A stretch of DNA of 63,795 nt, filler included. It is 4 parts of 4 records of this genome, joined end to end, with 100 filler letters (N's around TTAATTAATTAA, not from the genome) between each part and the next. Parts side by side here need not be neighbours in the genome. Positions count along the whole stretch, not along the records: positions 56,762 to 63,795 come from DRR723986_7719; 3 more parts are not named here. The stretch is one strand, 5' to 3'. The stretch's first letter is position 1. Each line of letters opens with the position of its first letter. The position numbers and the translations under genes were made by a program. The notes under the pieces were generated by a model. That model was not told the DNA's origin. It saw only the letters and a list, made by a program, of their open reading frames with translations, and did not search any database. Below are positions 58,895 to 63,795 of this stretch, one piece after another.

Positions 58895-59641
58895 TCAGGT
58901 CAGCATCATCCCATCGGTATCGTCCCCGGTTTCGGCCATCAATCCGGCCAGATCGGGGATGGTGATGGTGCGGGTGCCGCCCAATTCGATAATGCCGTCC
59001 TTGCGCAGGGCGGTCATCTGGCGGCTGACGGTTTCGATGGTCAGACCCAGATAATTTGCCATTGCCTCGCGCGACATCGGCATCTCAAACGACAGGCCAT
59101 CCTGAAGTTTCTGCATATGCAACGACGCGGTGCGACGGCCAATCAAAGACAGCAGACAGGTGATCTTTTCCCGCGCGGTCTTGCGGCCCAAAAGCATCAT
59201 CCACTCGCGGGCAACTTCCAATTCATCCAGCGTCATCGCCAGCAGGCGCTGACCAATATGCGGCGTATCTTTGATCATGTTTTCAAAGGGTTTGCGCCGG
59301 AAACAGCACAGGGTAACCTTTTGGATCGCCACCACATCATAGGCCACGGCGTCGCGGCCGGGACGGCCAATAAAATCGGAAGGGAGCAACAGGCCGACCA
59401 TCTGAATGCGGCCATCAGGCAAAGTGCGTGACAAGGTCGCCGCGCCCGACACGACGGAGGCCACAAAATGCATCTCGTCGCCCTCAAACATGATCGACTG
59501 GCCCGCATCGAAGGTCCGGTAATACTTGATATCTTCAAGCCGGCTTAGCTCATGCGGCTCGCAGGTCGCGCAGACAGCACGATTGCGAATGTTGCAGTCT
59601 GCACAGGCCATGAAATCCGAACTGGATTGCGCCAGAGTCAT
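58895..59641 (-). CDS. fnrL: FNR-type O2-sensing regulator
   Basis: CADC..R..AVC cluster, internal LCCF, HTH LGLTIETVSR; usp-ccoN neighbourhood. Confidence 0.92.
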   Translation of the reverse strand: MTLAQSSSDFMACADCNIRNRAVCATCEPHELSRLEDIKYYRTFDAGQSIMFEGDEMHFVASVVSGAATLSRTLPDGRIQMVGLLLPSDFIGRPGRDAVAYDVVAIQKVTLCCFRRKPFENMIKDTPHIGQRLLAMTLDELEVAREWMMLLGRKTAREKITCLLSLIGRRTASLHMQKLQDGLSFEMPMSREAMANYLGLTIETVSRQMTALRKDGIIELGGTRTITIPDLAGLMAETGDDTDGMMLT

Positions 59642-59761
59642 AAGGAGGTCTTTCGTCCGCTAAAAGTCCAACAGTTCTAGCATCAAGAGAGCCACAAGCA
59701 AACCCTCAACGGTGCGTCATTCTCGCCCTCGCAAAAGCCAAGATCAGGCGCAAAGGGTCGA

Positions 59762-62047
59762 TCAGGGTTCATCGGGGATCGGCGCCTTGGGGCCAAGCTG
59801 GGTTTCCGTGGCTTGCTGGGCGGCTGCCGCAGCCGCGTTGCGTTCCGCCTCGCTCATGTTTTCAGATCCGGCCACTTCGACTTTGACATTGCGTTCGGCC
59901 ATGCGGATGCCGTTCGCCTCAAAGGCGTCGCGCACCATCTGATAGGCGTCGCGGCGCACCAGCCATTGCTCTCCGGGGCGGGTCATGAATTTGACGCCAA
60001 CAACCATGTTAAACTCCTCCATCCGCCGCACACCTTGCGATTTGAGTGTTTCAATAATGCTATGGCCATAAAATTCGTTTTCGAGCATCTCCGCCCCGAT
60101 TTTCTTGATCAGCTTTTTGACCAGTTTCAGATCGGTTTCAAACGGCACGCGGAACTCCAGCTTCATGATCACCCAATCGCGCGAATGGTTGGTCAGATGG
60201 CGCAACTCGCCAAAGGGCAGGGTGTGAACCGCACCCCTGTGGTGGCGAATTTGCAGGGACCGGATCGAGATTTTCTCGACCGTGCCGCGCAACTGGTCAA
60301 TCTCGACATATTCGCCAACCCGGAACGCATCATCAACAAGGAAGAAGATCCCCGAGACCACGTCCTTGACCAGTGACTGCGCGCCAAAGCCGATGGCGAT
60401 GCCAAGAACACCCGCGCCCGCAAGGATCGGCGCGATATTGACGCCCAGTGAGGACAGCACCGACATCGCCACCATCGCCAGCAACGTGACCATCAATGTG
60501 ACCCGCAGCAGCGGCAGCAAGGTCGCCATCCGCGCCTCTGGCCCCGGCGCGGTGCCCGGCTCAGGTGGGCGGTAGGCGGCCAACCTGCGGTCGATCGCCG
60601 AACTGGCCCAGACCCAAACCAGATCGGCCAGCAAAAGCGCCACGGCACTGTCGATCAAAACCCGCAGGGCCCGGCCCGAGAATGTCGGCGTGGCCGCCCG
60701 TTCAAAGACCCGCAAATCCCAGACCATGGCCAGGACGGCCCCAATCACAAACAGCGCGACAAAACGCACCAACCGTTGCGCCAGCGGGCGGTAGCTTTCG
60801 TAGGGATGGTCGGGCAACGGCGCATCCACGTCTTCGTCATGCAGATCGGCAATGGGTTCAGCAGGTTCAGCCGCGGCTTCGCCTGCTTCGATCTCAGCCA
60901 GATCAGCAGGATCAGGCGCTTCAATGCGGATCACCTCGGCCTTGGCCCGGTCAAAGCTGTCATCGACCCAAAGCCGCAGCAACCGCAAGCCGGGCACCAG
61001 CAAGCCTAGCAAAGCAAAGCTCCACATCAGGGGCGGCAGATCAAGCACCAATGCAGCGTAGACCAGCACCGCCAGCACACAAAGATAGACCCGCCAAAGC
61101 CGCTGCGCACGGCTGCGTGGCAGGTTCAAAATTGTGGTGATTTTGCCAAAACCATAGATCACCGCCGCCAGTGTCAGGACCAATGCCAGCGTCGCCAGCG
61201 CGAGGCTCACGCCAAGCGCCTGCGGGGATTGTCCGCCGCTGCCGGTGATGCGGCCAAAAACATCTGCCATGGAGGCTGCGAGCACAAAGAAACCGGCCAA
61301 GCACAGCAGCAGTTTGGACAGGAACTTGGCCACCGGATTGGACAGAGGCAGCAGCCGCAATTCTTCGACAGAAGGCGCCAGAAACAGCACCAAAAGCGCC
61401 CGAATGGCCCGTACCCCAAACACCACCAACAACAGGTTCAGCACCAAGGTTTCCAACGTCGGCGGCCATGAAAAGGCAGCAAAGGTGCCAATGCTGCCCA
61501 CCGCAAAGATTGCCAAACCGGTCAGGGTGATCAGGGACCGCAAGGTCGCCGCCGTCACCCGTTCGCGCACGGTCCTGACATGCTGCAATTCGATGCGCAG
61601 TTTCACCGGGTTGGTATATTGCCGGTACAGCCATTCCAGCCCGGCACCAACAAACAAAAAGATCATGACAAAGGTCAGGCCGCGCACTTGTTGGGCGGGT
61701 GTGACCTTGGTCTGCCAACGCTCCAGAATAAAGGCGGGGGCTGAAGGGAACGCAAACCACGCCTGTCTCAGATCGCCGATCCGAGCCCGGATACCGGTCA
61801 GGACAGCTTCGGCCTCTTCGCGAAAGGTCGCGCCCTCGTCCGCTGCGGTTGCTTCGGCGGTGCCTGCCTGCGCGGTCAGCCAACCTTGGATGCGCGGATC
61901 GGCCAGCAGGCGGGTGAATTCATGCAAATCGTTGGCAGAGGGGGCATCAACGGGCGCGGCGGCGGCGGTGTCCTGCGCGGCGGCTGGCAGCGCGGCCAAA
62001 GTCAGGCTCAGCCAGAGCAGGGCGGCGCGGATCATCTGGGCCATCAT
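59762..62047 (-). CDS. Large MscS-family mechanosensitive channel
   Basis: ILAGAGVLGIAIGFGAQSLVKDVVSG, DAFRVGEY, GTVEKISIRS; extended N-terminal TMs. Confidence 0.9.
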   Translation of the reverse strand: MMAQMIRAALLWLSLTLAALPAAAQDTAAAAPVDAPSANDLHEFTRLLADPRIQGWLTAQAGTAEATAADEGATFREEAEAVLTGIRARIGDLRQAWFAFPSAPAFILERWQTKVTPAQQVRGLTFVMIFLFVGAGLEWLYRQYTNPVKLRIELQHVRTVRERVTAATLRSLITLTGLAIFAVGSIGTFAAFSWPPTLETLVLNLLLVVFGVRAIRALLVLFLAPSVEELRLLPLSNPVAKFLSKLLLCLAGFFVLAASMADVFGRITGSGGQSPQALGVSLALATLALVLTLAAVIYGFGKITTILNLPRSRAQRLWRVYLCVLAVLVYAALVLDLPPLMWSFALLGLLVPGLRLLRLWVDDSFDRAKAEVIRIEAPDPADLAEIEAGEAAAEPAEPIADLHDEDVDAPLPDHPYESYRPLAQRLVRFVALFVIGAVLAMVWDLRVFERAATPTFSGRALRVLIDSAVALLLADLVWVWASSAIDRRLAAYRPPEPGTAPGPEARMATLLPLLRVTLMVTLLAMVAMSVLSSLGVNIAPILAGAGVLGIAIGFGAQSLVKDVVSGIFFLVDDAFRVGEYVEIDQLRGTVEKISIRSLQIRHHRGAVHTLPFGELRHLTNHSRDWVIMKLEFRVPFETDLKLVKKLIKKIGAEMLENEFYGHSIIETLKSQGVRRMEEFNMVVGVKFMTRPGEQWLVRRDAYQMVRDAFEANGIRMAERNVKVEVAGSENMSEAERNAAAAAAQQATETQLGPKAPIPDEP

Positions 62048-63126
62048 GCGGGCACCTCATCTGTATCGTGCCGGGGTTTGGCCGCAGGGGTGCTGTCAAA
62101 TGCAAAATCCGGCGGGAACACCCGGGCCACGGTCAATTCGGTGCCATGCTCAAGCGGCAATTGGCAGGCCAGACGCACGTCATCGCCCTTGTTGATCCGG
62201 TCCAGCGTCATTTGCTCCAGCGCCGAGGCTGGCGGTGGCGGATTGCCCGCCACGTCCAAAACGCGCACGGCGCAAGTGCCACAGCGCCCGCGCCCGGAAC
62301 ACAGGTTGGCATGGGGCTGATCAGCACGGCGAAACCCGTCCAGCAAGCTTTGCCCGGTCAAGGGCGCAATCCGCCCGATGTCTTGTGTGGTCACAGTCAC
62401 CCGCACATTCTGCGCCATCCAGTTGCGCAATCCCCGTGCCGCCAGCACCAGCACAGCCAGCCCTGCCGATAGCCAGATCACCCAATTCGTCACGGTCTTG
62501 ATCAGGTCAAAAGGGATTGGCGCCACAAAAGCCGGATCACGGATCAGCTCCGGCCCTGCGCCCTCGGCCAGCACGATCCGCCCGGCCTGCGCAAACCCGA
62601 TCAACGCCAGAACCGGCACCGCCACGGCCAATGGATAAAGATAGGGCAGATACCCCGCCGCCGCCCGTTTGGCACGCAACCACATGAACAGACCTGCACA
62701 GCCGTGGACCCAGACGACCGACAGCAACACGACCTGCGTCAGTCCAATACCCGGATTGCTGAGCCAGAAAATCCGGTTGATCAGGACGTAATCCACCAGA
62801 ACGCCCGATCGCTGCAACATCGCCACGCCTACGGCATGGGTCGCCAGCAGAGGCAGAACCGTCAGCCCCGACAAAGCCTGCACCAGATCCTGAGCGGTGC
62901 CTGAAATGCTGGGCCTCTGGTAGATCGACCACAGCCCGACAAAGTAGTGCAGCAGCAGCATGGTCAGCGTGACAAAGGACGCCGGACCATTGGTCCAAAC
63001 CCCGGACAGCCAGGGGCGCGCCGCATCCATCGCATCCACCGACAGAACCCCCAGACAGAGGTTCAGCAAATGACAGGTCACGTAACCCAGCAGATAAAGA
63101 CCGCTGAACATGCGCAAATTGCGCAT
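62044..63126 (-). CDS. Membrane protein with putative heme-b TM domain and 2Fe-2S ferredoxin (CyaC-like, no cyclase domain)
   Basis: TM His in CHLL, LLHY, ATHA and WVHG; CSGRGRCGTC...RLACQ; ends ~35 aa after the last Cys. Confidence 0.75.
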   Translation of the reverse strand: MRNLRMFSGLYLLGYVTCHLLNLCLGVLSVDAMDAARPWLSGVWTNGPASFVTLTMLLLHYFVGLWSIYQRPSISGTAQDLVQALSGLTVLPLLATHAVGVAMLQRSGVLVDYVLINRIFWLSNPGIGLTQVVLLSVVWVHGCAGLFMWLRAKRAAAGYLPYLYPLAVAVPVLALIGFAQAGRIVLAEGAGPELIRDPAFVAPIPFDLIKTVTNWVIWLSAGLAVLVLAARGLRNWMAQNVRVTVTTQDIGRIAPLTGQSLLDGFRRADQPHANLCSGRGRCGTCAVRVLDVAGNPPPPASALEQMTLDRINKGDDVRLACQLPLEHGTELTVARVFPPDFAFDSTPAAKPRHDTDEVPA

Positions 63127-63302
63127 CGTTTTTTTCTGCGCCGGGCGCGAGGGGGTATGGCTCAATGGAATGTCCTTGATCAAAAAAACCGCGTCAATTC
63201 CGCTCAGTCTATGGTCTGGGGCGGGCAGGGCGCAAGCACGGCGGGATCTGCCGCTCCCCCAAGTCAGGGGAGGAAACCGGTTGCAATGTTCAGTGAGTTG
63301 CC

Positions 63303-63330
63303 TTTTTATTGGCCCATCAATCAATAAAAA
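63303..63330. promoter_or_regulatory. BetI-type operator upstream of choX
   Basis: TTTTTATTG-N10-CAATAAAAA palindrome; reverse strand ATTGATTG...CAAT resembles the BetI box. Confidence 0.65.
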
Positions 63331-63352
63331 TCTTCTGGGAGCGATCTGAACC

Positions 63353-63795
63353 ATGAAAACCTTGCTTGCGACAACCGCATTGGCGCTGACCATCGGCACG
63401 TCCGTGGCCGCCGCCTCTTGCGACAAAGTCACCTTTTCCGATGTGGGCTGGACCGACATCACAGCCACCACCGCCGCCGCCAGCGTTGTGCTGGACGCAT
63501 TGGGCTATGACACCGAAACCAAGATCCTGTCGGTGCCAGTGACCTATACCTCCATGGCAGCAGGCGACATCGATGTCTTTCTTGGCAACTGGATGCCGAC
63601 AATGGAGGCTGACATCGCGCCCTACCGCGAGGCGGGCACTGTCGACACTGTCCGCGCCAACCTGCAAGGCGCAAAATACACATTGGCCGTGAACAAGGCG
63701 GCCGCCGACATGGGCATCACATCCTTTGATACCATCGCCGCCAAGGGCGAAGCGCTGGACGGCAAGATCTACGGCATCGAGCCGGGCAATGACGG
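63353..63795 (+). CDS. choX: Choline ABC transporter substrate-binding protein (partial; not in the ORF track because no stop is reached)
   Basis: Translated by hand: MKTLLATT...C.KVTFSDVGWTDITATT...LSVPVTY...DVFLGNWMP...IYGIEPGND. Confidence 0.92.
   Translation, partial: MKTLLATTALALTIGTSVAAASCDKVTFSDVGWTDITATTAAASVVLDALGYDTETKILSVPVTYTSMAAGDIDVFLGNWMPTMEADIAPYREAGTVDTVRANLQGAKYTLAVNKAAADMGITSFDTIAAKGEALDGKIYGIEPGND

Noticed and set aside
61245-62195. 316-aa ORF and other long overlapping ORFs in contig 4 (e.g. 58006-58806, 61041-61883)
   Set aside because: Shadows of usp and the MscS gene in GC-rich DNA
63127-63471. N-terminal 115 aa of the 475-aa ORF
   Set aside because: Overlaps choX and its operator; the real start is likely ATG 63126

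Overview
The window is four contigs joined by artificial N44-TTAATTAATTAA-N44-type spacers (28377-28476, 42891-42991, 56662-56761), so genes must not be linked across the gaps. Contigs 1-2 (1-28376, 28477-42890) look like an FCB-group bacterium, probably Kapabacteria/Ignavibacteria-like (inference from T9SS C-terminal domains). They carry three tandem T9SS-sorted PQQ sugar-dehydrogenase paralogs, mltD, metG, an ECF sigma/anti-sigma pair, two 'T9SS cargo + beta-barrel/OmpA' gene pairs, a choice-of-anchor-B protein, an (LNxx)17 repeat protein, mfd, an Mla/MCE ABC operon, hmgA and a degenerate dispersed intergenic repeat family. Contig 3 (42992-56661) is Rhodobacterales-like genomic-island DNA. 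It has two PrtN-like genes, a compact three-gene operon (dCTP-deaminase/dUTPase-fold protein with 2 TM helices and a degenerate deaminase site, MazG-like pyrophosphatase, Old-Yellow-Enzyme-like flavoprotein), a displaced dusA 5' fragment with repeated GTGCTACA sites, a broken dusA-type integrase, a TRAP transporter and a copper cluster. Contig 4 (56762-63795) is Rhodobacterales chromosome: ccoN (partial), usp, fnrL, MscS-family gene, a CyaC-like heme/2Fe-2S membrane protein lacking the cyclase domain, and choX (partial). The best candidate for an undescribed system is the three-gene operon at 44389-46503, a putative nucleotide-based anti-phage module. All family assignments come from motif recognition by eye; no searches were run.
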